A stretch of 64,000 nucleotides of DNA from Pelagomonas calceolata. Lineage: Eukaryota. The notes under the pieces were generated by a model. It was not told the origin of the DNA. It saw only the letters and a program-made list of their open reading frames with translations, and did no database searches. Numbering within the stretch: the first letter of the stretch is position 1; each line of letters starts with the position of its first letter. Of the stretch, positions 9,382-21,600 are shown piece after piece. The translations under genes were made by a program, and so were the position numbers. The DNA lies in contig CAKKNE010000002.1 in NCBI GenBank assembly GCA_918797485.1, forward strand, positions 3,472,001-3,536,000, given 5' to 3'.

Positions 9382-12297
9382 TTATCCGGGTACACTGGAG
9401 TAGACAAGAGAGGTGCTCTGGTGTTCTGGATACATCGAGGTCCCCTGGCCCGCAAAAGGGTGGATTGGGGATAGCCCAGGGTCAGTAGCAGGGGTAGCTG
9501 ATCCGGGTCCTTGTTTACGATGGGGCACATGGTAAAAGGAATTTATGTGCCTGAGAGTCATCGTGGGTGTCTTAAAGGAAGTTTGTGCGCAAGCCTCGGC
9601 TAGATGTGGGCTGTGTTGTATCCCCACGTCTGTATTTGTCTCTAGTCGGAAGCGTTCACCTTGAAGCATATCCTCGTACGCCTGTTGTGTCTGCTCAAGT
9701 TTAAGCTCCATTTTTGAGATATCTTCTGATCTTGTCTTCAAAGCAACGGTTAAAACTTGCTTTTCACGTGTCAATGAAGCAATTCCAGCTTGAGCGAGAT
9801 TCAATTGCATCTCTGCGCGCTCCCTGGCTTTCCGTGAACTAACCTCGATTTCAGCCTTCTCTGTGAATTCGTTTTCTAAAAGCCGATATCTCTCTTCAAG
9901 TTCGCCCTGCTGTCGCTTCAGTTCGTCTGCTGCAAACATTAAACTTTTCATGTTAGTTACTTCCTCTTGAAGCTCTATTATGAAATTTTGCTGTGATGCA
10001 CTGCGCTGCTTCAATCGCTGCAGTTCCTCCTCACGTCCTTCCTTTCTACCAGATTCTTTCTCCCGTAATTCCTTGGTGGTTTGCTCCAACATGCCAATTC
10101 TGGTCAACGTTTCACTGTATGAAAAGTTTTCGGGAAGCGAGTTCGCCAATTCGCGCAATGTTGACAGCTCCGTTAAAAATTGTTCCAGTTTTGATGAGAG
10201 ATCTCCTGTGAGTGATACTAGACGACTGGCTACTCTTTCGCTGCCTTCGAGCTCCAATGCACTTGTACTAGGAATATCAGGGCCTCTTTCTGAGTCCAAG
10301 AGCCGATATAGCACTTCTGATATCTGCGACACGGCTGAAACGAGCGCTTTTTGCAATTCAGCGGTCTCGTTATTTGACGACATGGCTCTTTCGCACCCAG
10401 GACTGGCCATCAGAACTGATGGTGAAAGTTGCACTTCGTGTGCAGTATGGGGCCTCTTTCTGGCTTGCACGTCAATTTGTCCAAGTTGCAGCACCATGCC
10501 ATCGATTTTTTTAAAACGGTTTGTTAATTGTAGGACCTCGGTGAGCGCACCAGCGTACTTATGCGAAAAATCATGGCCAGAATCAAGCTCAACACACATT
10601 ACTCTGCTCAGGTGCGCTTGAGCAATTGCGGTAAAATATCTTGTATCTTTATCTTCTGAAACAAGTTCACTTAATTCGGCTTGTGCTGCCGCGAGACCTT
10701 CCAAGGTTTCCTTATTTTTTGCCTGTAGTTGGGCTTGATGAGCCATGGTTGACTTGTCTGCGTTTAAGAGCAGGGAATCTTTATTTTGCAGTAGTCTTGG
10801 GTTCAAGTTTGAGTTCGAATTTATCTCCTCAGGTACGGCCTTTGCGCTCAAGTTTGCGCCAGTTAAGCTAGCTTCAGATTTTGTCTGGTATTGATCTAGT
10901 TGTGTGGTTAAATGGCAAATCTCTGATTCTAGCTGTTTCATCGTGGTCAGGAGTTCAGTGACATTGCTTTTGACAATTTCTAGGCCATCTGGCACACCGC
11001 TTTTTTTTTTTAAGATTTCACTCACATCAAGGCCCATCAGCACCAATATTTCGTTAATTTTGGTGCTGCAGCCTAGCATATCATCTAAAGTTTGACCGCG
11101 ATGCTGTCCCTCGATCCGCAATTCACTGAGCTCAGCTTCAATGGTAGCACGTTTCTCCTGCTCTAGCTTGAGCTTTGCATCAGTTTTGCTCAACTTTTCT
11201 TGGAGTAGCAGTAGTCCGTCTTTTAAGTGCTGCACCTCAAGTTGATGTTTGGAACGCAACTTTTCTTCAATCTCACTTCGCGCCTTCAGTGCTTTGTTGT
11301 GGATCAACTCGGACTGGCAATTTATCGCTTTTGCATGCTCCAATTCATAATTAAATGACTCTACTTGGGAGCGAGCAGCTTCAAGCTGCCGCTGGAGCTC
11401 CTCGTGCTCTGATTCCTCACGTTGCATTGCTTCCGTGTATTCAACTTGAAGGTCACTTAGCTTTTGTCTTAGTTCTACCTCTGATCTGCGGTGTTCGTCC
11501 AGAGAGATTCGGACTGAGGTCAACTGTGTCTTCGCTTCGTCTAGTTTGAACGCAAACTCGGAACAGTTTTGCCGTAAAGCCTGCTTCTGACTACTTTCAA
11601 CACATATCTTTTTCTGTAGGGCGGAGTATCTTTCAAGTTCTCGCCCCAACTCCCTGTTCGAACGTTCAAGCCTAGACTCAAGCTCAGCAATACGGCGATC
11701 CTTTCCAACAACCAAGATCCCAGTCTGGTTTGCTTCGTGGCGACTACGAACAGCGTCTCTAGCAAGAGGGACAAGATCGCAAACCTGAGCTTCCGACATT
11801 TCTAATTTTTTTTGTAGGCTCTTAATAGTTTGTTGCGAGTTCTTTAGTGCATTTTCATCGAGGCAATTGAGCCGTTTTTTAAGCATGGATACATGTGCAC
11901 AAAGTTGCTCTCGTTCATCACAATAGATTGTCCGCTGATTTTTCAGTGCATTCTGGTCCTGTTGTAGTCTCACTTCTAATTTCGCAGCCTTGAGCCTTGA
12001 CTTTTGTTCAACTTCTAGTAATTTCCTCACCTTTTTTGAAATGTCTGCGACATGTTTTGATTCGCGGTGGATAATTTCAACATGGCCACCATGGTCAATG
12101 CCCTCCCCGTGAATAAGCTCATAGGTACATTCTGATGGTGCGTAGAGCGCCAGCATTGGCTGCAAATTAATTGCAGAAGCTCTTTTTTTAATAGGGGCAT
12201 TGCTGGCAACAAGATCGCTGAGATAGGCTTTTCTGACTTCATCTAAGAAAATATTACGTCGCTTAAGGCGTTTTCGCATTCCATCGAGTATCTCCAT
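9382..12297 (-). CDS. Long coiled-coil protein of unknown function
   Basis: 971-aa uninterrupted ORF rich in E/K/Q/L heptads; no family recognised. Confidence 0.8.
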   Translation of the reverse strand: MEILDGMRKRLKRRNIFLDEVRKAYLSDLVASNAPIKKRASAINLQPMLALYAPSECTYELIHGEGIDHGGHVEIIHRESKHVADISKKVRKLLEVEQKSRLKAAKLEVRLQQDQNALKNQRTIYCDEREQLCAHVSMLKKRLNCLDENALKNSQQTIKSLQKKLEMSEAQVCDLVPLARDAVRSRHEANQTGILVVGKDRRIAELESRLERSNRELGRELERYSALQKKICVESSQKQALRQNCSEFAFKLDEAKTQLTSVRISLDEHRRSEVELRQKLSDLQVEYTEAMQREESEHEELQRQLEAARSQVESFNYELEHAKAINCQSELIHNKALKARSEIEEKLRSKHQLEVQHLKDGLLLLQEKLSKTDAKLKLEQEKRATIEAELSELRIEGQHRGQTLDDMLGCSTKINEILVLMGLDVSEILKKKSGVPDGLEIVKSNVTELLTTMKQLESEICHLTTQLDQYQTKSEASLTGANLSAKAVPEEINSNSNLNPRLLQNKDSLLLNADKSTMAHQAQLQAKNKETLEGLAAAQAELSELVSEDKDTRYFTAIAQAHLSRVMCVELDSGHDFSHKYAGALTEVLQLTNRFKKIDGMVLQLGQIDVQARKRPHTAHEVQLSPSVLMASPGCERAMSSNNETAELQKALVSAVSQISEVLYRLLDSERGPDIPSTSALELEGSERVASRLVSLTGDLSSKLEQFLTELSTLRELANSLPENFSYSETLTRIGMLEQTTKELREKESGRKEGREEELQRLKQRSASQQNFIIELQEEVTNMKSLMFAADELKRQQGELEERYRLLENEFTEKAEIEVSSRKARERAEMQLNLAQAGIASLTREKQVLTVALKTRSEDISKMELKLEQTQQAYEDMLQGERFRLETNTDVGIQHSPHLAEACAQTSFKTPTMTLRHINSFYHVPHRKQGPGSATPATDPGLSPIHPFAGQGTSMYPEHQSTSLVYSSVPG

Positions 12298-14233
12298 TAA
12301 TTTTTGTCTACCTTGTATAATCTTTCCTGTAGCTTGACCTCCGTTGTTTGCTACGTACCTATCCGGCGGTGCGGGTAATTTGGGCCGAAATCTATTTGTT
12401 TAGGCTTGTTTGGCACAAAGATCGCTGCCGATAGGCATGCGGGCACAGGGGAGGCAAGACCGCCCATTCTTCTCGATATAGACAGAAGGTGGTGGCCAGT
12501 AGACGGCGGATATATAAAAAAAGTTTTACTCCAATAATAGCAATAATAGGACGTCTGTAATTTGGGCCGCCCTATATTGCTACCTAACTAGGGGCTTACC
12601 TGGGCGACCAAGCGGTCCGCGCAGTTCCCACGAACCCTTCGAAGCCCCACGCCAACAGGTTTTGGCCGTGGAGCCCGTTTCGCACTTCGCGTACGCGCCG
12701 TCGAACGCCCCTCGTTCAGGCCCGCGTTCACAGTCAAGACCGCATCGTGCAACAAATCCCTCCCAGTCAGGCGTACGTCGGCTCTGGGCGAACGTTATAT
12801 CGAAAAACTGTTGAGCTACGAAGCCGTGCGGCGGCGCATGATCTCGGGACGTTTTCGTCGCCGAGGGCGCGGGCGCACCAAATCGTTATTACGTCACCAC
12901 GACCTCCAAAAATTGGACTGTAGATTGCTCATGTATGATCGCATGACATACTAAGAGCTCGCACCGAACGGGAAAGCGGAAGAGGGCAAAAACCGCCATC
13001 GCTCAAGCAGCAGGAGGGCAGCCGTGCACCCGCCGCGGGGCTACCGCCAGAGCAATCTTCGGTCGGCAGTGGCGCAGAAGGGTCCTGCCAGGCACCTGAC
13101 GTGCTGGCGCGCGCCGGGGGCTGGTTTAAGCCAGCCCATTTGCACCGGCCCAAATTGAACGCCTGATACCTAGGACCAGGCTAAGTAGCACTAGCCTGAA
13201 GCCTGAAAGCCTGCAAGGCAACATAAGGCGGGCTAAGGGACGGGTACTCTAGAGCACACAGTGTCGCCACGACGCTGTTGTCTGTTCGTTCGACTTCCTC
13301 CCCAAACAAAAATGCCCGAGTGAATAAAATTAAGGAATGCCCGACGGCCCCGGGCCGGCCCGGGATCTTGCGTCATCAAACACCCGGGCCGCACTCGACG
13401 GCCCCGGGCCGGGCCTTCTTTGGCGCCGTTTCCGAGTCGAGCCAGTCGGGCCACCGGGCTGTCCCCATGGTGGCCATCGACGATCTGATACAAGCAGAAG
13501 AAGCGGCCTACGGAACATTTAAAAAGTAGCTAGGGTACTATCTCTAGGTCCGGCTTTCAGCGTCGGGGGAATTGGCTGCGCACGATAACTCTGTAGGGCA
13601 GCCGTGTGATGACTACACTAGCTTTCCCGGTTAGTTTGATAGATTCAGTGACTAGGAGCTGCCGCGGCGTGGGTACGGTGATGCTGCCATGTTGGCCGCG
13701 AGTTTCAAGTTGTGCGCGGCAGCCGCACCATATAGGGAAATGCAAAGGCGCCATCGCGCCTAGTTACTACCGGCATAGTTACTCCCCCCCCCCGTACTGA
13801 AGTAGGGCCACCTTAGGTCCGCCGGCGAGTTTCGGGGCTCTGGAGGACGGCCCGGCTAGCCGCGTTTTTGGGGCGTTTTCTTTTTTAGGGCCAGGGGCGA
13901 CCGCCTCTGACGGCCACTTAATCGACCCGAGGTTAGGGCTTTTGCCCCCCGGGTAGCTCCCCTGACACAGGGCGACAGCCAGTGCAACTCATACCCCCAG
14001 AGGTGGGGAGGGTGTGCGTGCGGCCCGGCGGCCCGGCCATCGGCTTGTAGGCGGGGGGTTCAAGTTCGTAGACCCCGCGCCGTTTTGGCCAGAGGACTGG
14101 AAGCGGCACGTGAGCCCAGTTTAACGAACGCAAAAAATACTAGTGAGGGGCGGATCTGGGACGCGTAAAAAGTAAGGAAGCGGCAGCCTAGTGTGTTCCT
14201 TTCATTTCCTAAACGGGGTTGCGATGGTCGAGA

Positions 14234-15350
14234 ATGGTTGCGTTTTTCAATGCTCTTGTGCTGTTAAGCTTTCGCTTGGTTGCAGCGTCAAAAAAGTCTT
14301 CGGCGAAGCTTCTAATTCCACCTCGCTTAGCTGAACCCTCTGATAGACTGACTCGTAGACTGATTAACCCTTTGCGGGGCATGCTAAAAGGCCCGCGCGA
14401 CAACCCGGCACCAAAGTTTGTGGCGAGTGGAACCACGAGGAATTTAAAATTTCTTGCAGCTGGTGCAATTGCTGGTGTGGTGTCACGGACATTAGTTTCA
14501 CCCCTAGAGGTGGTCGCAACAATTAACATGGCAGCAGTGGGCTCAGTAGATGGGCCCCGCGATTCCCTTATGCGCCTTTGGGCGGTAGAAGGATTAGCTG
14601 GATTTTACAAAGGGAATGGAGCAAACTGCCTCAAGGTTGCGCCAACAAAGGGAATTCAATTTGTCTCATTTGAGTTTTTTAAACGTCAGATATTGATGCT
14701 TAAGCGATGGCATAACATGCCTGAGATCTTAGAACCAGTCGAACGACTGATAGCAGGCGGCTTTGCATTATGCAGTGCCACTTGTAGCTCAGCAACATTA
14801 TGTTTTTGGTCTGTAGGCTGGCATGATCGCTGCAGCCTGCGTATATCCGCTCGAGACTGCGAAATCCTTACTTACAATTGAGCGTGGGCGCTATGGGGGC
14901 AGCATCTTTAACTCGCTGAAAGCTGTGGTTGATGAAAATGGGTTGGTGGCTCTCTATCGTGGTCTCGTGCCCACTCTTATTGCGATGTTTCCCTATGTTG
15001 GTGTTGAATTCTGCACATACGAAACCCTGCGCTCAGTTCTATCCTCTCGTTGTAATGCCAGTGCTATTCAAACAATGAGTCTAGGCGCATTTGCTGGCAC
15101 AGTTGCTCAGGCCAGTTGCCATCCACTTGATGTTGTGCGTAAGCGGCTTCAGCTGCAAGGCATAGGAGAACGGCCCGTGAAATTTAATAATATGTTTGAT
15201 GGGCTCGCGGGCATCTCAAAAGCGGAGGGCAGACGGGGGCTTTACAAGGGCCTCAAACCTGCCTGCCTCGCTACTCTCCCAAGCACTGGATGTTCCTATG
15301 TTGTGTACGAATATGCAAAAGGAATCTTTGGCATCGGCTCGGTTACGTAG
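14234..15350 (+). CDS. Mitochondrial carrier family (SLC25) protein, adenine-nucleotide/CoA-type subfamily, with N-terminal signal-like extension; intron 14765-14816
   Basis: Three carrier repeats: AGAIAGVVSRTLVSPLEV, AGMIAAACVYPLETAK, AQASCHPLDVVRKRLQ; GFYKGNGANCLKVAP. Confidence 0.93.
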
Positions 15351-15685
15351 TCGCGTCTGCGGCCCTTATTCATTGCCGCCCTGAAAATTCCAGGATGCTA
15401 GCTATAACTAACGCTTCGGGCGAGCGGTTAAACACACGCACGCATGGTGCCTTGGCGCTGGATCCTACACGAGACCCCGGACCACTCAAGTTAAATAGGA
15501 AGTCACCCAGGGCGAACTGGCGGATGTCGGGTGGGAATTTCTCTGGGAAACCTCTGGGAAACCTTTCCTGCAAAGATTAGCCGGGGACTTAGCCGGGGGC
15601 TAGAGGGGCTGTGGTACCACATCAGAGAAGCAAGATTTGCGTCATAAGTTTAATGATGGATGTAAAGACTTATGTGTAAAGACAG

Positions 15686-16196
15686 GGGCGGACACCCAAC
15701 CCCAAATTTGCCGTATCTCTATAACTAGACGTCTTGACCAGTGCCAAATTGAGCCAGAGGGGCCTATATACTCCTTTAGGACGTGACCGAAACGGGTAAG
15801 CGAAACGATTAGGTTTGGAAATTTTAGTGGCCTGCGAAGGTCGCGCCAGCCTGAGTGGCGTTTCGTGCCGCGTCAGGCGGCCTATCTGGCAGCCCACCGG
15901 GTACCCGGCCGCGCCTACGCATTCGCCCCACGTCATGTACCCGAGGGCCCCTGGGAGACCAAACTACCAGCATAGAAGCGAGTTTTGATTTTTCAGTCCA
16001 GAGGATATCCAGAGCCTCTGAAATACCCGCACGTTAGGTCCCAGATGGGCAACTTCGCGACCGCGTCTCGCCGCGAAAGTGACCCCTTCCCCCAGCCCGG
16101 TCTCGGGGCGTACAAAGGGACTCTTTGGGACCCCGCAGCCAAAATCGCCCCTGGCCAAGTGGCTAGGAACTCGAATCTCAAATTTGGGGTCCGCCC
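15686..16196 (+). mobile_element. Repeat family B, full-length MITE-like copy (about 510 bp)
   Basis: Ends GGGCGGAC(ACCCAAC)CCCAAATTTG ... CAAATTTGGGGTCCGCCC form imperfect TIRs; second copy at 5813-6181; no coding capacity recognised. Confidence 0.75.
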
Positions 16197-16495
16197 TAGC
16201 ACCCTAGCAATAAAACAGCCAATGCGCATTAAAACGCCAACAAAAGCTAATATCAACGCCGCGCCGCCGTCATCAACAGTGCGGGTCGTCCCATACCCGG
16301 TACGCGCGGTCAAGGCGCTGGGCCGGAGATATCTCTCGCGGGCAGCCTGCGAAAAAACCGCGGACGTGTGCGGGTCGCCCCGGCGTCGACTACGAGTTGT
16401 AGGAGGTATACTCCCCCGATGGTACCGTAGGTAGTGGCCCAGCTTGCAAGCGCTCGGGAGGTAGTGACACACGAACGCCCGGCGCACCGACGACA

Positions 16496-17749
16496 ATGGC
16501 GGCAATCTGCCAAGGTTGCTTGTGTTTTCAGTGCGTGACGACGTGCTTGCAGAGTTGGGAACAGATAGTCGGTGCTAAAACCCGTAGAGATTTGTTACGC
16601 AGGTCGGAGATAGGCATTATCGAACGCTGCGGCAGATATGAACGGCTGGCGCCGCCCGGATTGCGATGTGTCTGTTGGCCGCTAGAGACAGTAGCAGGGC
16701 TCTGCGCGGAAATTGGTCGATTCGATAGCCATAAACTTTGATTTCCGTGCAGGCGGGACGCATTAGCCGACGGATCCAGCAGTTGGACGTAGCCTGCGTG
16801 ACTCGGCGTCCTGCGAGGGAGTTGCTGCGTCGACGCGCGCACTGTCGAGCACGTCTCATCGGCACGTCCTGCGCAGGCGAAACAAAGACAAGTGATAACG
16901 TATTTCTAAACGTGATCATATCCGTACAGTACAAAGTCAAAGAAGAATATGTATATGAGGCGTTCTACGTGCTCAATGATCCATCGGAGCAGATCAAGAG
17001 CTATGTGTATGATGTAGTGCGGTCGACCTTGCCCTTGTTGACGCTCGATAAAGCGTTTGAATCGAAAGAAATGGTGGCCCAATCCGTTAAGAGGGAATTA
17101 TCAGGCACTTGCTGCATCGTCCTATGGCTCAAGGAACCTCGTCAAAATTGGCGTTGTGTAGGTGTTATGAGCGAGTACGGATTCGTCATACACAATGCCC
17201 TGGTAACTGATATTTCGCCCGACGGTCGGGTCAAGACTGCCATGAACGAAATTAATGCCTCGAAGCGCCTCAAGGAAGCTGCTTTCGAAAAAGCGGAGGG
17301 CGTGATATATCAGTGTGCAAACAAAACTCTTTAGGAAAAAGGCACCTTTTCTTTTACCGCTGATACTTCTAGGAGAAAATATTGCTGGTGAAATCCGCAG
17401 AGGCCCAAGCTGAAAGCAAATATCTATCTGGTCAGGCATGAGCCGCAATATTTTAGTTGACCCTGTGGGGCCTTGAGATTAATCTCCACCCTTAGGTGTC
17501 GGCGTAGCGCGCCAACGAAAAGCGATCGTCGATGGCCTGCGGGATTCGATATCGCAGTTCTCTGGTAATGTCAAAGGGTCGACACCAAAGGATGTGATCG
17601 ATCTACTTCTCCTGACGCAGTACTTTGACATGTTGAAAGAGGTGGGAACTCAGCGCGGTACACGTGCAGTCTTCCTCCCAAGAAAGAAGAAGTCCCAGAT
17701 TAGTGCTTTTCGCGACGGGTTGTTGCAGGCGCAGGCGGGGAGAAATTAG
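16496..17749 (+). CDS. SPFH/band-7 protein, hypersensitive-induced-response (HIR)-like; about 7 exons
   Basis: IGIIERCGRYERLAPPG, ETKTSDNVF, QIKSYVYDVVRS, AMNEINASKRL, AESKYLSGVGVARQRKAIVDGL, LLLTQYFDMLKEVG; stop at 17747-17749. Confidence 0.93.
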
Positions 17750-18262
17750 TACTGCGCCTAAGGGTGATGATCGGATAAAGGGCCGGACTGCCCGGACCCC
17801 ACCATGGGTTTTCGCTCCATCGCGCCTGTACCTGGGAATTCGTTCGGGGGGACTCGTGGGGCCCTCTTGTGGGCCGCCTGGGCTCAGAGGGCCTTACAGT
17901 GCGGTGGGTTTTGACAGTGTCGGGGCTGATCGCCCCTTCTGCTTCCAAAAAGACCACCCCCCGCGGGGCTGATCGCCCCGTCTAGCCCCGAGTTCCCGGA
18001 TTTAAGCTACGAAAGGGGGAACTTCGGAAAGTTCAAGTCACAGTTACTAGTAGCCCGGCGTGCCAGTGGACTCCGATCTCCACTCAGCCTCTGAGGCTTC
18101 AAGTTCGATTTTTTAAGTTTTCATTTGCCAGTGGTCCAATTTGGGGGTTCGGCCCTGATCTGACAATTTTAGTTACTTGTAAGTTCAAGTTGATTTTCAA
18201 GTTTTATAGTACCATGCAGGGAGAAGGCTCCTAGGAGCTTGTTCCTTTTTTAGGTCTTCCTT

Positions 18263-18293
18263 AATTTATTTATTTATTTATTTATTTATTTTA
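18263..18293. repeat. (ATTT)n microsatellite
   Basis: About 7 tandem units. Confidence 0.9.
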
Positions 18294-18609
18294 TTCATTT
18301 GCACTAGGTTGCCATAACCCGAGGGGTTATTAACCCCTTGAGCCGCCGCCCGGGGTTATTAACCCGGCCGGTTTAGTACGGGTTGTTAACCCCAGGAGCT
18401 TGTAGAGGGGTAGGGGAGGGTTTTCCCGTGAGCCGCTGTGAGCGTCCGTTCTGATGTAAAAAAAACGCCGAAACTCATATACTGCGGGGGTGATGACCCT
18501 CCCCTCATCTCGCCACTTAGCTGTCTTCTCGCTGCGCCCCCGGCTTCCCAAGGGCGGAAAACTCCACGTAGTCGGCCAGGAAGCAAGAACAAACGGGCAC
18601 CAATCGCTA

Positions 18610-21600
18610 CTACTGCAAGGAAAAATGGTCCCTGAGAAGCACGGCAAGCTCGCCAAGGGTGCGGTCGGCGTCAGCGAAGTAAGCTAAAGGCGGGAGCTTT
18701 GGGCCAAGCTGAGTTGTGTCAGCCCGTATTTGCGCAAGATCTAGCGAGTCCAGGCCAAGTGCTTCAAGGGTCTGATCGGGAAGCCAATCCGATACTCTAG
18801 CCTCAAGGAAAAGTCGAACACCGTCAGGGGAGCTTGAGGCGGCAGACATAATTTGTGGAGTGTTACGTGCACGAGCAGGGACCAAATGTGTCGTGGCCGC
18901 TAGGAATCTCCAGGGTGACCAGGACCATTCCTCGACAGAAAAGATGGCGGGGCGGGCTGATCCCCGTCGGTGGGAAGTGAGGACCGCCCCAAGAGCCGCA
19001 AAAGCGACTTCAGTTGGAAGAGGCTGATCACCAGACTTGATGGCTGTGTCCCATGCCTTTGTTCCCTCTTGAGCCATCCCAGCGGCACCACCCCAAAGAC
19101 CCCAGTGAATAGCAGCAACCTGTGGAATCAAGCATTGAGTCAGGTTTCAACAACGCGGTCGTTCTGCACTGACTATAACTGATGGGTGTCGTTCTCCGCG
19201 ATTGTCATTATCATCGTCACCAAAATCAGCAGCAGCGTCAAGGATTGAATTGGCAGCTGCGTAGTTGGTCTGGCCGCCAAAGCCGTATAGGGAAGTTGTG
19301 CTTGAATACGCGACAAGGCTCCGCACAGGCCAGTTCGAATCAGAGCTGAGGCGTCGAAGTGAGATTAAGCCACCAGCCTTGGGTACAATTGGCTTTGAAA
19401 AAGATTCATACATGAGCGAGGGCAGCATGGCATCCTTGAGGGTGCCAGCAAGGTGAAAAATAGTTGAGCAAGGGGGGAGTTTGGCAGCCTCGAGGTCATC
19501 GAGGCAGTGAAGGAGCTTGGCAACACGAATGCGCGGTCTTACATTCCAGCTATCAAAGCGTGATGCTGCGCGTCCGTTTCGGACTACAAGAATCAGTCGA
19601 CTGGCAAAGATCTGTGCCATGTCAACTAGCCAGTCAATAAGGGCGACCCCAAGGCCGCCCGAAGCGCCCGTGATGAGGATATAGCTCGAGGTCCCCAGTA
19701 CGGATTTTGCGTGCGCATAAAGCGAAGCATGGTTCTGCACCACCGACTCATGAGCACGCGCTCGCTGCCCGGTACAAGTCCATTTCATTGAAGTGAGAGT
19801 TCCATCGTCTGGTGTCAGGATTGTATCCGTCTCTCCAGCAGGGGCTGCGATAGCAAGGAAGGAGACAAGTCGGATGCGCGCCTGCTCGTCAAGGGCCCTC
19901 ACGGCAGCCGAGGACACGCGGAGATAAACACGTCGGCAGTCCAGCTCAGGCACCTCAAAGCCCGCGCACTTCGCGGTTCCGGCCACTAGTGCACCGCGCA
20001 TTGACGTACGACTGACTGTGTACACAACGCATTTTTTCGCTCTCTCTGCGAGGGCTTTGAGGACCTGAACAAAGGAAAATGCAGCGGCCTCCTCGCGCAT
20101 CAGCCATTCAGTGTCGCCATCTATTGGCCATGGTTCCAGACAGTCCAGAATTAAGTAGCCAGCATGTGTTGTGGCTGCCAAGACATGTTTTATAGCTTCT
20201 CTGTGGAGCGACCGAAGATTTACTACATGGGCAGTTGGTGGGTCTGCCTTGTAGTCGAGAAGATGAAGCTGATCCCAGCCTACGATGTAAGCTACGGTTG
20301 GTGGCAATGCGAGCGCGCGTCCCATCTTCAAGGCAGTCATAGGTCGCGTGTACTCGAGGAGCGTGACGACTTCGGCAAGGACGGCACCAATAGCGTGGAG
20401 GAGAAACCCATGACCACCGGGCATAACTATGAGCAAAGAGTCAGGGCAAGATGTAGAATCGCACCAGTTTACCGCAACGTCAAGGGAGAAAGACGAGTCG
20501 TGAGCACCACACAATACTAGCAGCGGCTTATCTAGGAGGAAGCCCACAGAATCCAGACGGCACGAGAGACGATATTCAGCTCGCGCGTCTCGTCCAAGAT
20601 CAGCTTTGAGCCGTGGGAGTGCGATGCGTGCAAATGCGTCAGACACCATCATGTCCTGTGGCGCAAATGCGTACATGCGCTTTATCTCGTCCTCGCTGGG
20701 AATTAAAACTGTGGGTCCAGTCCAAGTATGGAGCGGCGCGCGACCGGCAAGAACAACTCGCATCAGTAACGGCCATGACTTTGAATTGATAAGCTCAAGA
20801 CACAGGAGCGCACCCGCACTTAGACCCACAAAAACCCAGGGAAGTCCATCAGAGACGAGTGAATCAACAGAAATGCGTAGCGATGCAAGCTCAGACTCGT
20901 CGGTGGCATCATCTTCGGTAGAAGCCTCGTCGGCACGTGTGCCTCGACCAGCAAGCTCAATAACAATAATATCAAGCCAACGAGGAGCTAATACGCGCCA
21001 TGTGTTAAACGTCGAGCTTGTCCCGCCTGCGTATGCTGCGCAGATAGCACGTGCAGTCCACGGTCCCGAGTTGGAACTCTTTCGCACAAGCGCCGAATGA
21101 TTAGGCAGGCACGCAATCGCTCGTCCTGTTGGCAACTGACACAATTTTGAAGGTTTCGACGTCGATTTCCCCCCCTCCGCACACTGGCCGTCGACGGGCG
21201 CATAGCAGGATGCTTTGGGATTAGTCCAATGTGGAGTGGCAGCAAAGATATAGCCCGGGATGCCGGATATGATTTGCGGAGGCGAGCGCGCGCCGTCAGA
21301 CCCGTGTGTTGCAACACGCATATTATTCCAATGAACGTCAACGCCGTGTACCCACGCTTGAGCAAGACAATTGGTGATGGCATAGGCGCCTCTTGTGCCA
21401 GCGGTTATGCACGCTGCAACTGGAGCGGTAAATTGGCGACCACGCATCTCGACCAAATTCAAAGCAACATCAGCATCTTTCTGGCGTACACAGTCAATGG
21501 CAACAACGAAGGCTGGCTGCCAGCTCAGAAGTTGTTCGAGATTTTTTGTCCAGGTCGAGCCGAGATTGCACGCATGATCCTGCTCCGCGTGGCGACGCCA

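Noticed and set aside
15985..16505. 149-170-aa ORFs over repeat family B as a transposase
   Set aside because: No DDE-like or other motif; frames are not conserved in the second copy
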